64,000 bases of DNA from Prevotella sp. (GCA_017469955.1 JAFUFJ010000002.1:15695-79694), one strand, 5' to 3'. Positions 17,670 through 28,293 are shown, numbered from the stretch's first letter. The notes: generated by a model from the letters alone, not told the origin. Translations and numbers: made by a program.

Positions 17670-19004
17670 ATGCATCCTTTTGAGCAAAAAACGGCCCATT
17701 TCATCGCAGAGAACAGTTTGCTTTCTGCTTCTGGAAGATACCTGATTGCCTTGTCGGGAGGTGCTGATAGTGTGGCACTTCTTCGTGTCCTCAAGGTGTT
17801 GGGCTATGTGTTAGAGGCCGTTCATTGCAATTTTCATTTGCGAGGAAGCGAATCCGAGCGCGATGCATCTTTTTGTGAAGCACTCTGCAAGTGTCAAAAC
17901 ATTCCATTTCATCGAGTAGACTTCAACACCCTTGAATATGCCGAGACCCATCGGGTGAGCGTGGAAATGGCTGCCCGAACACTTCGGTATAACTATTTTG
18001 AACATCTGCGTCAAGAGGTTGATGCTGATGCAGTCTGTGTGGCCCACCATAGGGATGACGTTGCAGAAACGGTAATTATGAATCTTGTTCGGGGCGCGGG
18101 ATTGAGAGGGTTGCATGGTATTCTGCCAGTGAACGGTAAAATAATTCGTCCTCTTTTGTCGGTAAGTCGCTCAGAAATAGTCAGCTATCTTGAATATCTT
18201 CAACAAGATTACGTAGAGGATTCTACGAACAAAATGGCTGACTTTACTCGAAACAAGATACGCTTGCAGGTGCTGCCTTTGCTTCGTGAAATCAACTCTC
18301 ATGCATCAGAGAACATTGCAAGGACTGCCGGTTTTCTGCGTGAAGCGGAGCAGATCGTTGAGGATTCGATCTGTGATTTTTGTAGAGACATGGGTGCGGA
18401 TGGGGCAGAAATACTGGTAGAACAACTGCTCAACACTCCCTCGCCATCTACCTATTTGTATTATATTCTTGAAAAATACTCCTTTTCATCGGCAGAAACC
18501 GCCCAGATTCTGGCCTCTCTTCATCATGAGAGCGGGGCAGTATGGTACTCTCCGACACATGTTTTGTTGCTCGACCGTGGCCGGCTTCTGGTTGAGAAGC
18601 GAAGGGTGGAAGGAGAAAACGGCAGCCTGTCGTTGTCGGGTTTGGGCGAATATATGTGTCCGGACGGGCGCAAGTTAACCCTGTCGGCCTTCCCCTTTAG
18701 TGCCGAGTTGCTGGCATTGCGTGAGCAGAACAAGGTGGTGATGGATGCCGACAAGACGGTTTTCCCCTTGACAGTCCGCCGTTGTCAGCCGGGCGACCGT
18801 ATCGCATTGGCAGGACTTTCGGGCACAAAGCTAGTCAGCGACTACCTGACTGACCGCAAGGTTAGCCTGTTTGACAAGTCACGTCAGCTGGTCATGACCG
18901 ATGCAAACGGGCGGGTAGTCTGGCTCATTGGCCATCGGTTGAACCGGCATGTCTATGCTTCTGCCGGAACCGCGGAATTGATTGTCGCGACAATCTCTGA
19001 CTGA
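17670..19004 (+). CDS. tilS: tRNA(Ile)-lysidine synthase
   Basis: ALSGGADSVAL PP-loop, AARTLRY, AHHRDD, IIRPLL, RNKIR. Confidence 0.96.
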   Translation: MHPFEQKTAHFIAENSLLSASGRYLIALSGGADSVALLRVLKVLGYVLEAVHCNFHLRGSESERDASFCEALCKCQNIPFHRVDFNTLEYAETHRVSVEMAARTLRYNYFEHLRQEVDADAVCVAHHRDDVAETVIMNLVRGAGLRGLHGILPVNGKIIRPLLSVSRSEIVSYLEYLQQDYVEDSTNKMADFTRNKIRLQVLPLLREINSHASENIARTAGFLREAEQIVEDSICDFCRDMGADGAEILVEQLLNTPSPSTYLYYILEKYSFSSAETAQILASLHHESGAVWYSPTHVLLLDRGRLLVEKRRVEGENGSLSLSGLGEYMCPDGRKLTLSAFPFSAELLALREQNKVVMDADKTVFPLTVRRCQPGDRIALAGLSGTKLVSDYLTDRKVSLFDKSRQLVMTDANGRVVWLIGHRLNRHVYASAGTAELIVATISD

Positions 19005-19031
19005 TTCTACCCCAAAGAGTTTCGTATATAG

Positions 19032-19075
19032 ACAAGAATGCCAGTCTTCAAAGTCGTGAAGACTGGCATTCTTGT
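19032..19075. terminator. hairpin terminator between convergent tilS and kdsB
   Basis: ACAAGAATGCCAGTCTTCA-AAGTCG-TGAAGACTGGCATTCTTGT, perfect 19-bp stem. Confidence 0.75.
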
Positions 19076-19077
19076 TG

Positions 19078-19184
19078 GTAAAAGATGATGTTTTGCCGAC
19101 CAATAGTTGATGTTTTGCCCGGCAAAAGATGATGTTTTGCTTGCAGAAAGGGTTGTCTTCCGAATGAGAAGAAAGCGGCTTTAT
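19078..19184. repeat. 107-bp five-unit 22-bp-period element, variant core GCAAAAG-ATGAT-GTTTTGC
   Basis: Units at 19078, 19100, 19122 (near-identical), 19144 and 19166 (degenerate, CAGAAAG/GAGAAG starts). Confidence 0.7.
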
Positions 19185-19924
19185 CAAAGCTTTTCCAAGA
19201 ATTCTTCAGCTTTTTTCAAGTCTTCGGGCGTGTCAATGCCTACGGTTTCGACGTTGGTGAGCCCCACACGTATGCGATAACCATTCTGCAGCCATCTCAG
19301 TTGTTCGAGCGATTCGGCTTTTTCGAGCGACGATTGAGGCAGTTGGGTGATGGCCTTCAGCACCTCAGTCCTATAGGCATAGAGGCCGATGTGTTTCAGA
19401 AACGGGTATGCCGTGAGCCAGTTCTCGCGCTCTTCTCCCCGTACATACGGTATGACCGACCGAGAGAAGTAGAGCGCAAATCCCCTGTTGTCGACGACGA
19501 TTTTCGGCGAGTTGGGGTTTTCGATGGCAGCCATCTCGGTGAAAGGCTTGCCGAGCGTGGCGATTTGTGTTTCGGCTTGTTCAAATTGACGGCAAAGCGT
19601 TTCTATCTGAGATGGTTGTATAAAAGGTTCATCTCCCTGCACATTGATGACCACATCCCATGTGCCTCCGATTTTTTCTACCGCCTCTTCTATGCGGTCG
19701 GTCCCGCTTTTATGGTCGATACGGGTCATGACGGCTTTCCCCCCAAAGCCTTCAACTGCATCGAATATGCGCTTGTCGTCGGTGGCGACATAAACGTTCT
19801 CGATGACCTTGCTTACCTGTTGGTAGACTCTTTCAATGACGGTTTTGCCGTTTAACATGGCAAGTGGCTTGCCGGGAAAGCGTGTTGATGCATATCTTGC
19901 GGGGATGATTGCGATGAATTTCAT
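19184..19924 (-). CDS. kdsB: 3-deoxy-manno-octulosonate cytidylyltransferase
   Basis: IIPARYASTRFPGKPL, SGTDR, NVQGDEP, ESLEQLR. Confidence 0.97.
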   Translation of the reverse strand: MKFIAIIPARYASTRFPGKPLAMLNGKTVIERVYQQVSKVIENVYVATDDKRIFDAVEGFGGKAVMTRIDHKSGTDRIEEAVEKIGGTWDVVINVQGDEPFIQPSQIETLCRQFEQAETQIATLGKPFTEMAAIENPNSPKIVVDNRGFALYFSRSVIPYVRGEERENWLTAYPFLKHIGLYAYRTEVLKAITQLPQSSLEKAESLEQLRWLQNGYRIRVGLTNVETVGIDTPEDLKKAEEFLEKL

Positions 19925-20089
19925 ATCCTCTTTGTTTTTGATGCAAAGTTAACGATTATGGTCAATAATGCCAAACTTTTCAGTTGAAAACGGGACTTGC
20001 AGGCTTCATTTTCCTAAAAAAGGCTAATACATTTTGTGGTTTCGCCCATTTTTCTTAATTTTGAACTTTCAAACCCAAAACGACATCAG

Positions 20090-21202
20090 ATGAAGAAACT
20101 ATTATATATACTCATGATAGGGCTGGCGCCTCTCTCGGCAAAGGCCCAGAAAATGACGGTTGGCTCATGCACGATGCATGACGGATCTGTGTATAAAGGC
20201 GAAATGCAGGCAGGGAAACCATACGGGAAAGGCAGGACGGAGTATACGAACATGGACGTCTATGAGGGTGAATACGTAAAGGGCTTGCGCAATGGGCAGG
20301 GTACTTATCTCTTTGCAGACGGCCGGCGCTACGAAGGAATGTGGTATAAAGACTACCAACACGGCAAGGGTACCTTCTACTTTACAAACAATAATAAATA
20401 TGTCGGAGCCTGGTATAAGAACTTACAGCAAGGCATTGGCACGATGTATTACTATAATGAAGACCGATATGAAGGGGAATGGGAGAAGGACAAACGTGAC
20501 GGAAAAGGTCGGTATACCTTTGCCAACGGAGCCTATTATGACGGCGAATGGAAGGATGACAAGAAGAATGGAAGGGGCTTGTTTGTATGGGAAAACGGGG
20601 AGAGTTACGAAGGTCAATGGCAAAATGACATACGCCAGGGAAAAGGATTATACAGATATGCCAATGGCGACAACTATTCTGGTGACTGGAAAAACGACCT
20701 TCAAAACGGCAAAGGCATCTATCGTTTTCAGAACGGAGATGTCTATGAAGGCGGATATGTGGACGGACACCGCTCGGGAGAGGGCATGCTGAAGTATGTA
20801 AACGGTGATCGATATATAGGCAGATTCCTTAATGGTGACAAGGATGGACAAGGCACTCTTCAGTGGGCAAACGGTGATGTCTACACGGGACAATGGAAGA
20901 ATGACATGCAGAATGGCCAGGGAAAACTTGTCAAAAAGAACGGCGACCGGTTTGAAGGCCACTTCAAAGACGGGAACATCAACGGAGAAGTAGTCATTCA
21001 TTATGCAGACGGAAGCCGCTTCAAAGGGAGCTACGAGAACGGGAAACGCAACGGTAGTGCCATAGAAGAAGACAATGAAGGCATACGATTTGAAGGCACA
21101 TACGTGAACGATCGGCGTGACGGTGCCTTTGTTGAGAAAGATCGTAATGGACAAATCGTTAAGAAAGGTACTTATAAAAACGGAGTAAGATATGAAGACT
21201 AA
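20090..21202 (+). CDS. secreted MORN-repeat protein
   Basis: Signal peptide MKKLLYILMIGLAPLSAKA followed by about 14 tandem 23-aa YEGEW..D.R.GKG repeats. Confidence 0.9.
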   Translation: MKKLLYILMIGLAPLSAKAQKMTVGSCTMHDGSVYKGEMQAGKPYGKGRTEYTNMDVYEGEYVKGLRNGQGTYLFADGRRYEGMWYKDYQHGKGTFYFTNNNKYVGAWYKNLQQGIGTMYYYNEDRYEGEWEKDKRDGKGRYTFANGAYYDGEWKDDKKNGRGLFVWENGESYEGQWQNDIRQGKGLYRYANGDNYSGDWKNDLQNGKGIYRFQNGDVYEGGYVDGHRSGEGMLKYVNGDRYIGRFLNGDKDGQGTLQWANGDVYTGQWKNDMQNGQGKLVKKNGDRFEGHFKDGNINGEVVIHYADGSRFKGSYENGKRNGSAIEEDNEGIRFEGTYVNDRRDGAFVEKDRNGQIVKKGTYKNGVRYED

Positions 21203-23219
21203 GCAGCAAACTCCCCGGCATATTGGCCTCGTCAAGCATGATTCTTGGCTTGAACCATACGAGAATGCAATTCAAGGGCGTCATGACCACGCCATGTGGA
21301 AACTCTCCCAACTTACGAATAACGGAAGGAGGACACTGAGCGAATTTGCCAATGGGCATGAGTATTTCGGTCTTCATAAGACAAAACACGGGTGGGTGTT
21401 TCGTGAATGGGCTCCTAATGCGACAGACTTGTACATCATCGGCGATTTCAACAACTGGAGAGACGACGAGCAATATCGGGCTAAACGCATTCCCGGTACC
21501 GACAACTGGGAACTGACTCTGCCAGAGAAAGCTATGCAGCATGGGCAGCTTTACAAAATGCACGTGCGATGGAATGGCGGGGAAGGCGAGCGAATCCCAG
21601 CCTGGACACGCCGTGTAGTGCAAGACCCGGAGACGAAACTCTTTGCCGCTCAGGTGTGGAACCCCGAGCCATATAAATGGAAAAAACGTGCATTCCGCCC
21701 TCAGACATCCCCATTGCTCATCTATGAATGCCACATAGGAATGGCACAAGACGCAGAACGAGTGGGCACATACGATGAGTTTCGCCAGAATGTCCTTCCG
21801 AGAATAGCAGAAGATGGCTATAACTGTATTCAGATTATGGCCATACAGGAGCATCCCTATTATGGCTCGTTCGGCTATCATGTGTCGTCGTTCTTTGCAT
21901 CATCGTCACGCTTTGGCACACCGGAAGAGTTGAAACAACTTATAGATGAAGCCCACCAAATGGGCATAGCTGTCATCATGGACATCGTCCATTCTCATGC
22001 CGTTAAGAATGAATTGGAAGGAATCGGCAACTTATGTGGCGACCCTAACCAGTATTTCTACCCCGGTGATCGCCATGAACACCCGGCATGGGACTCCCTG
22101 TGTTTTGACTATGGCAAGGATCAAGTGTTACACTTCTTGCTCTCTAATTGCAAATATTGGCTTGACGAGTTTCATTTTGATGGGTTCCGTTTCGATGGAG
22201 TCACCTCGATGTTGTATTATAGTCATGGGCTTGGAGAGGCCTTTTGTGGTTATGAAGACTACTTCAACGGGCATCAGGATGATAACGCAATATGCTATCT
22301 TACCTTAGCCAACAGACTCATCCATGAGGTGAATCCCCGCGCAATCACTATCGCAGAAGAAGTGTCAGGCATGCCTGGATTGGCTGCAAAGATCGAGGAT
22401 GGCGGCTATGGTTTCGACTATAGGATGGCCATGAACATACCTGATTATTGGATAAAGACCATCAAGGAACTGAAAGACGAAGACTGGAAGCCGAGCAGTA
22501 TCTTCTGGGAAGTGAAGAACCGGCGTGCCGATGAAAAGACTATTTCCTATTGTGAAAGTCATGATCAGGCGCTGGTTGGCGACAAGACAATTATCTTTCG
22601 TCTCATAGATGCCGACATGTACTGGCATTTCAAGAAGGGGGATGAGAATGAGACTGCTCATCGAGGCATTGCTCTTCACAAGATGATTCGTCTTGTGACA
22701 GCATCGACTATCAATGGTGGTTACTTGAACTTTATGGGCAATGAGTTCGGACATCCCGAGTGGATTGACTTCCCTCGTGAAGGTAATGGGTGGAGTCACA
22801 AGTATGCAAGGCGCCAATGGAACCTCGTTGACAATAAGGATTTAGACTATCATTACTTAGGAGACTTTGACAGGGAGATGCTGAAAGTCATCAAGAGCGA
22901 ACGGCGTTTCAACCGTACGAAGATAGTGGAGATATGGCATAATGATGGCGATCAGGTGCTGGCTTACATGCGGGGAAGCCTCATTTTCGTGTTCAATTTT
23001 TCTCCGACACATTCGTGGGTTGACTATGGTTTCCTTGTTCCGACGGGTTCTTATGATGTCGTTCTCAATACGGACAGTCCCGCTTTTGGCGGAAATGGGT
23101 TGGCAGATGACACGATGACCCATTTCACTAACTATGATCCGGCCTACGAAAGTGAGCATAAGGAGTGGCTGAAGCTTTACATTCCTGCACGCTCTGCCGT
23201 GGTGTTACGGAAGAATTAG
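21192..23219 (+). CDS. glgB: 1,4-alpha-glucan branching enzyme (GH13)
   Basis: FREWAPNA, IYECHIGMA, YYGSFGYHV, GFRFDGVTSM, AEEVSG, ESHDQ. Confidence 0.95.
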   Translation: MKTKQQTPRHIGLVKHDSWLEPYENAIQGRHDHAMWKLSQLTNNGRRTLSEFANGHEYFGLHKTKHGWVFREWAPNATDLYIIGDFNNWRDDEQYRAKRIPGTDNWELTLPEKAMQHGQLYKMHVRWNGGEGERIPAWTRRVVQDPETKLFAAQVWNPEPYKWKKRAFRPQTSPLLIYECHIGMAQDAERVGTYDEFRQNVLPRIAEDGYNCIQIMAIQEHPYYGSFGYHVSSFFASSSRFGTPEELKQLIDEAHQMGIAVIMDIVHSHAVKNELEGIGNLCGDPNQYFYPGDRHEHPAWDSLCFDYGKDQVLHFLLSNCKYWLDEFHFDGFRFDGVTSMLYYSHGLGEAFCGYEDYFNGHQDDNAICYLTLANRLIHEVNPRAITIAEEVSGMPGLAAKIEDGGYGFDYRMAMNIPDYWIKTIKELKDEDWKPSSIFWEVKNRRADEKTISYCESHDQALVGDKTIIFRLIDADMYWHFKKGDENETAHRGIALHKMIRLVTASTINGGYLNFMGNEFGHPEWIDFPREGNGWSHKYARRQWNLVDNKDLDYHYLGDFDREMLKVIKSERRFNRTKIVEIWHNDGDQVLAYMRGSLIFVFNFSPTHSWVDYGFLVPTGSYDVVLNTDSPAFGGNGLADDTMTHFTNYDPAYESEHKEWLKLYIPARSAVVLRKN

Positions 23220-23245
23220 GCAGGAGGCAGGCTACCGTAAAAGGA

Positions 23246-23305
23246 AAACAGGCTGTCATATGCGGGCGTGATGTGTGACGCTCCTTGTGACAGCCTGTTC
23301 TTTTT
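23246..23305. terminator. bidirectional terminator
   Basis: AACAGGCTGTCA...TGACAGCCTGTT followed by a T-run, between convergent genes. Confidence 0.7.
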
Positions 23306-23336
23306 GTGCGCGGAAATGCAGCCGTAGGTTCTGCTC

Positions 23337-23804
23337 TTACTTCACTTCCGCGAGTGCCTTTACCCAGTCTGTATCGATAGAGAACTGTGTCAGATACCGG
23401 TTGTTGCCTACGTATGCATAGATGACCTCTTTGTCAACGTCGTTGAATAGCGGGTTTCTCGTTGTCGCATTGGAAAACCTGTTCTGCACCGCCACTTTCG
23501 CATCTTTGCGACGTGCAGCAGCCAGACGCTTGATGTAGAGGTTGACAAACTCGATCATTGCACTGGTTTGCGTTCCTAATTCCAGTTCGGTGAAGGTGGG
23601 ATCGTCGGAAGCTTTGGTTATCATGTAGTAGATGGCATCGGCTTTGAACGTGGCGATAAGGCGTGCGTCCATGCTTTTTGTCGTGTCGTTTTTAAGTGCT
23701 TCGGCATTGTCCATCAGCCTTACGACCTCCTTGTAGATTTCCTGTGATGATGCCGAAAGGCATGCCATACAAGCCAAAATGGCTAAAGTCAAGATTCTTT
23801 TCAT
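23337..23804 (-). CDS. conserved hypothetical exported protein
   Basis: 155-aa ORF with signal peptide, last gene of the rsmG-MBL-ruvC run. Confidence 0.75.
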   Translation of the reverse strand: MKRILTLAILACMACLSASSQEIYKEVVRLMDNAEALKNDTTKSMDARLIATFKADAIYYMITKASDDPTFTELELGTQTSAMIEFVNLYIKRLAAARRKDAKVAVQNRFSNATTRNPLFNDVDKEVIYAYVGNNRYLTQFSIDTDWVKALAEVK

Positions 23805-23828
23805 TTCTATTATCCGGTTTTGTTGTTG

Positions 23829-24401
23829 CTATTTATTTCCTGTTACTTTCTCTTGGTTCCTCTTGATGAAGTCTTTCCATCCTCTGTAGTGGACGCTGTT
23901 TTCGGGTCGTCCCATCTGCATGAAGTGGCAATAGGCAGCTCCCAAGGCGTCGGTGGCGTCCATGTATTTGGGCATTTCGTCGGCATTCAGCTTCAGAAGT
24001 CTCTGCAACATGGCCGCGACTTGTTCCTTGCTTGCCTGACCTTGTCCGGTGATTGCCATCTTGATTTTCAGCGGAGCATATTCATGAATGGGAATATCCC
24101 GGTGGATAGCGGCTGCTATTGCCACTCCCTGAGCTCGTCCAAGTTTGAGCATTGACTGGACGTTCTTCCCGAAGAAGGGTGCTTCGATGGCCATCTCGTC
24201 AGGCAGATATGACTCTATGATGCCGGAAACTCTGTCGAAGATGTGTCCCAGACGCAGGTAAGGGTCGGACATCTTGTGCAGATCGATGACGCCCATGGCC
24301 ACCATTTCGGCTTTGCTGCCTGCCACTTTGATGACGCCATAGCCCATCACGTTGGTGCCAGGGTCGATGCCTAATATGATTTTTTCTGCCTTCAACTTCA
24401 A
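23829..24401 (-). CDS. ruvC: Holliday junction resolvase RuvC
   Basis: ILGIDPG, AIEAPFF, LGRAQGV, KEQV, DATDAL. Confidence 0.97.
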   Translation of the reverse strand: MKLKAEKIILGIDPGTNVMGYGVIKVAGSKAEMVAMGVIDLHKMSDPYLRLGHIFDRVSGIIESYLPDEMAIEAPFFGKNVQSMLKLGRAQGVAIAAAIHRDIPIHEYAPLKIKMAITGQGQASKEQVAAMLQRLLKLNADEMPKYMDATDALGAAYCHFMQMGRPENSVHYRGWKDFIKRNQEKVTGNK

Positions 24402-24416
24402 ATGGTTTTCGGTGTC

Positions 24417-25061
24417 TTATCGGTCGAGAAACGGGTTCTGCGACAGTTCTTTTCCGATGGTTGTCTGAGGTCCGTGTCCAGGATAGACGACGGTTTCGTC
24501 GGGCAGCTGTGCCAACATTCTCAGACTTTGTATGATCTGCATCATGCTACCTCCGTCCAAATCGGTTCGTCCGATGGAGCGTTCAAACAGGGTGTCGCCC
24601 GTAAAGACGGCGTTTTCCTGTTCGCAATAGAATACGACTGAGCCCCGTGAATGGCCTGGAGTGGCCATCACCTGCAGTTGGTGTGTTCCGAATCTGACGG
24701 TTTCGTTTGGCTCGAGATAGTGTTCCACCTCTGGCATCTCGCCGTCAAGTTGCAGGCCATAGTATGACAGTGCTTGTCTTTTGAGGTTTTCCATCATTCT
24801 TCCGTCGGCCTTCGACACTTCCGGTTTCAGGTTGAACTCTCTGTATATAAGGTCGTTTCCGAAGTTATGATCGAGGTGTCCATGCGTACAAAGCAGGTGA
24901 GTAGGCGTCAGGCTGTTGGCACGAATCTCATCGATGACGGCCAGCCTTTCTTCTTCATAATAGGCACCGCAGTCGATGATGACGCACTCTTTGGTGTCGT
25001 CGCTCACGATGTAGCAGTTTTCTTGCAGCATGTTGCAAGTAAATCTCTGGACCTCAATCAT
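24417..25061 (-). CDS. MBL-fold metallo-hydrolase (glyoxalase II/YcbL-like)
   Basis: THGHLDH, TPGHS, FTGDTLF, YPGHG. Confidence 0.92.
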   Translation of the reverse strand: MIEVQRFTCNMLQENCYIVSDDTKECVIIDCGAYYEEERLAVIDEIRANSLTPTHLLCTHGHLDHNFGNDLIYREFNLKPEVSKADGRMMENLKRQALSYYGLQLDGEMPEVEHYLEPNETVRFGTHQLQVMATPGHSRGSVVFYCEQENAVFTGDTLFERSIGRTDLDGGSMMQIIQSLRMLAQLPDETVVYPGHGPQTTIGKELSQNPFLDR

Positions 25062-25678
25062 ATCGGCAAATAGATGACGTACTTCTCGTTGAACCAATCT
25101 TCGCTGAACCATGTGCTGATGTCGGCGACCTCTGCAATGCGTCGGAACTGGTGAATCTCTCCGTCGACATTGCCGCCTTTCAGGCAGATGATGCCGTTGG
25201 GCAGGGCGTTGCGCTGCTCCTTGGCAATGTTTTTCCTGACGATTCTCACCAAGTCGGGTAGGGGCATAACGGCTCTTGACACGACAAAGTCGAACTTCCC
25301 GGTTTCCTCTTCGCCTCTTCTGTGTATGGCTTCAATGTTTTTCAGACCGATGGAATCGGCGATTTCTGTTGCCACCCGTATCTTCTTTCCTGTTCCGTCA
25401 ATGAGTCGGAACTTCACTTCGGGGAACATGATGGCCAGCGGAATACCCGGGAATCCGCCTCCTGTTCCGAAGTCAAGCACACGTGTGCCCGGCCGAAAAC
25501 GAACCTCTCTGGCTATGGCCAGCGAGTGAAGCACGTGGTGGAGATAAAGATGGTCGATGTCTTTTCTCGATATCACGTTGATCTTCGCGTTCCATTCCTG
25601 ATAGAGAGGCATCAGCATCTCGTATTGGCTGTACTGCCTTTCTGTGAGGTCGGGAAAGTATTTCCGTATTGTTTCCAT
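25058..25678 (-). CDS. rsmG: 16S rRNA m7G527 methyltransferase
   Basis: WNAKINVIS, HVLHSL, LDFGTGGGFPGIPLA, VVSRAV. Confidence 0.96.
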   Translation of the reverse strand: METIRKYFPDLTERQYSQYEMLMPLYQEWNAKINVISRKDIDHLYLHHVLHSLAIAREVRFRPGTRVLDFGTGGGFPGIPLAIMFPEVKFRLIDGTGKKIRVATEIADSIGLKNIEAIHRRGEEETGKFDFVVSRAVMPLPDLVRIVRKNIAKEQRNALPNGIICLKGGNVDGEIHQFRRIAEVADISTWFSEDWFNEKYVIYLPI

Positions 25679-25888
25679 CCCTTTGCAGAGCTTATTTTCC
25701 GTGGCAAAGGTAATGTAAAATAATAGAATAACAAAGAAATCAAAATATAAATTAACATAAAGCGCCTGCAGGAAAGGCCTTTTTGCTTTATTTGCAGCAT
25801 TCTTTGCGATTGTTAATAAAATAGGATTCGCCCGATGTGTGCTGCAGGCTGCTGCCCCTTCAGGGGACGCTTTGCCTGCCTTGCCGGC

Positions 25889-25995
25889 GAGAAAGCTATG
25901 GGTTCTGGGTGAGAAGTCTTAGGTTTGTTGCCGATAACTCTATCCTTTCTCACCCATAATCCTTAGACTTCTCGACCAGAAAGGGCAGCTTTCTC
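25889..25995. repeat. 107-bp five-unit 22-bp-period palindromic element (copy 2)
   Basis: Units at 25889, 25911, 25933, 25955, 25977; ends GAGAAAGCT...AGCTTTCTC. Confidence 0.9.
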
Positions 25996-26178
25996 AGTAA
26001 GGATGGCCACCGTGTCTGCAGAGAAGCCTTTGAAGTCGTGGCATGAAGGGGTGGCAGTCCCGATGAAAAGGGGCGTTTCTGAGGCTGTGATGCCTTCTCT
26101 GCCAGTTTCTCCAGCGATGTCTGTCAGTCCCACGCCCGAAATGTTGCAGGCAGAACATCATTTCTTTTCCCGGGCATG

Positions 26179-26204
26179 CAATAAATGAAAGCCTTCTGCG
26201 TTAT
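26179..26204 (+). promoter_or_regulatory. putative ECF-sigma promoter CAAT-N16-CGTTAT
   Basis: Same pattern as 33770-33745; no TAnnTTTG box seen before this gene. Confidence 0.4.
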
Positions 26205-26211
26205 ATATGTA

Positions 26212-27684
26212 ATGAAAGCATATAGAAATCTGTTGGGCGTCTTGCTGGCCGTGCTTGCCTTGCAGGCTTGTTCGGACGATGACTCGTTTTCGTCGTCGCC
26301 CGGCCAGTATTTGGAGTTCTCTGCAGACACGATTCGCCTCGACACCTGCTTTTCAACGGTGCCGACGCCCATGAAGTCTTTCTGGGTCTACAACAGGTCG
26401 GGTGACGGAATCCGCCTTGAAAGCATCCGTCTGGAGCGGGGCAACCAGTCGGGTTTCCGGGTGAACGTCGACGGAGTATACCTTGGAGCCCAAACCGGAT
26501 ACCAGACCAACCAGATAGAGGTGAGAAACAAAGACTCGGTGCGCGTCTTTGTCGAGCTGACTTCAATGCTCAACTATCAGACCACTCTGACAAAGCTCGA
26601 AGACAATATAGTCTTTACTCTGGAAAACGGAAACATCCAGAAAGTCAACCTTCTGACCTATACATGGGACGCTACCTTATTATATAATACGCGCGTGCGC
26701 GGAGACTCGACGATAGATTCAAGCCGGCCGGTTGTCATATATGGGGGACTGAGGGTAGACTCCCTGGCCACACTGACCATCGCTGCCGGGACAACACTTT
26801 ATTTTCACAACGATGCCGGCATAGATGTCTATGGACGTTTGATCGCTGCAGGCACGGCAGAATCCAACGTTGTCTTGCGCGGAGACCGCATCGACCATAT
26901 GTTTGACTATCTGCCTTACGACCGGGTAAGCGGGCAGTGGCAGGGTATCCGCTTCCATGAATCTTCCTACGAAAACCACCTCCTCTATACAGACATTCAT
27001 AGCACATATGACGGAATAGTCGTCGATTCGTCGGACGTAGACAGGCAGAAACTCTTGATAGAGTCGTCGACAATCCACAACTGTCAGGGCTATGGACTCG
27101 TATCTGCAAACAGCAAGATCGGCATCAGAAACACTCAGATTACGAATACACTGAACGATTGCCTGGCTGTATTCGGCGGAAATACCGAGATAAACCATTG
27201 CACCCTGGCCCAGTTCTACCCATTTGACGCCAATAGGGGAGTAGCCTTGCGCTTCACGTCCACCAAGTATCCGTTGCAGAACTTCAACTGCTCCAACACG
27301 CTTGTCACAGGATATGCCGACGATCAGCTGATGGGCGAGCTGGGCGATGAAGAGGATACACCCCGATACTACTTTGACCACTGCATCATACGGACGCCTC
27401 GCATAGAGACCGTCGACAGCATCTATTTCAACGAAGTGGTCTATGAAAACACCGAAGACACCACGTCTATGGGGCGCAAACATTTCGCCGTATTCGATAC
27501 AGAGAACCTTTTCTATGACTTCCAGCTGGACTCTGTCAGCATTGCCATTGACAAGGCTGATCCGGAAAACTCGCTTCCGCTTGACAGAAACGGCAATATG
27601 AGAGACACGAAACCAGATGTCGGTGCCTATGAATACAGAAAAAAAGGAACAATAGAACCACAGAAAACAAATCTTAAATACTGA
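26212..27684 (+). CDS. lipoprotein with probable parallel beta-helix region
   Basis: Lipobox LALQAC; repeated (I/L)xxSxIxN beta-helix-like strands; C-terminal PDVGAYEY. Confidence 0.7.
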   Translation: MKAYRNLLGVLLAVLALQACSDDDSFSSSPGQYLEFSADTIRLDTCFSTVPTPMKSFWVYNRSGDGIRLESIRLERGNQSGFRVNVDGVYLGAQTGYQTNQIEVRNKDSVRVFVELTSMLNYQTTLTKLEDNIVFTLENGNIQKVNLLTYTWDATLLYNTRVRGDSTIDSSRPVVIYGGLRVDSLATLTIAAGTTLYFHNDAGIDVYGRLIAAGTAESNVVLRGDRIDHMFDYLPYDRVSGQWQGIRFHESSYENHLLYTDIHSTYDGIVVDSSDVDRQKLLIESSTIHNCQGYGLVSANSKIGIRNTQITNTLNDCLAVFGGNTEINHCTLAQFYPFDANRGVALRFTSTKYPLQNFNCSNTLVTGYADDQLMGELGDEEDTPRYYFDHCIIRTPRIETVDSIYFNEVVYENTEDTTSMGRKHFAVFDTENLFYDFQLDSVSIAIDKADPENSLPLDRNGNMRDTKPDVGAYEYRKKGTIEPQKTNLKY

Positions 27685-27688
27685 GAAC

Positions 27689-28168
27689 ATGAAAGAACTG
27701 AAAATAGAAGTAAACATAAAATACTTTCAACTCAAGGAGCTGGAAGCTGAAGATCTCGAGCTTATTGCCGAAGCCATCAAGGCGACAGACCACTCGTATG
27801 CGAAGTACAGCCATTTCCATGTCGGGGCAGCTCTCAGGCTGGAAGACGACTCAATTGTTATTGGAGCTAACCAGGAAAATGCAGCCTACCCGTCGGGACT
27901 TTGCGCTGAACGCTCCGCCATCTTTGCCGCTCAGTCAGTTCATCCCGAGCTAAGACCGAAGGTTCTCGCCATTGCAGCCCGCAACGAAAAGGGACTTACT
28001 GCAACACCTGTCACACCATGCGGAGCATGCCGGCAGGTCATTCTCGAGATGGAAGACCGCTATCAAAAGCCGGTAAAGATACTGCTCTATGGCACGGATG
28101 GCGTCTATGTCGTCGGCTCGGTGAAGGACTTACTCCCGCTTTCGTTCGTTGACGCGAACATGCATTAG
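27689..28168 (+). CDS. cdd: cytidine deaminase
   Basis: YSHFHVGAAL, NQENAAY, CAERSA, PCGACRQ. Confidence 0.95.
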   Translation: MKELKIEVNIKYFQLKELEAEDLELIAEAIKATDHSYAKYSHFHVGAALRLEDDSIVIGANQENAAYPSGLCAERSAIFAAQSVHPELRPKVLAIAARNEKGLTATPVTPCGACRQVILEMEDRYQKPVKILLYGTDGVYVVGSVKDLLPLSFVDANMH

Positions 28169-28293
28169 CCATATTTTTTCAGCGAACAGCCAAAAAAAAT
28201 CGGAAAACTTTTGGCAGTATCAAAAAAACAACGTACCTTTGCAACCGCATTTGAGAGCAAATGCAATCTGGGTATATTTTGAACAACCGGAAA

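Noticed and set aside
20090-21202. DNA-level tandem repeat or novel system
   Set aside because: Explained by ordinary MORN protein repeats.
25889-25995. CRISPR array interpretation of the periodic repeats
   Set aside because: Spacers are only 3 bp, units are degenerate palindromes, and there are no cas genes in the window.
26020-26105. Possible further 22-bp-period array (AGAGAAGCC/CATGAAGGG/TGAAAAGGG)
   Set aside because: Too degenerate to support without a statistical test.
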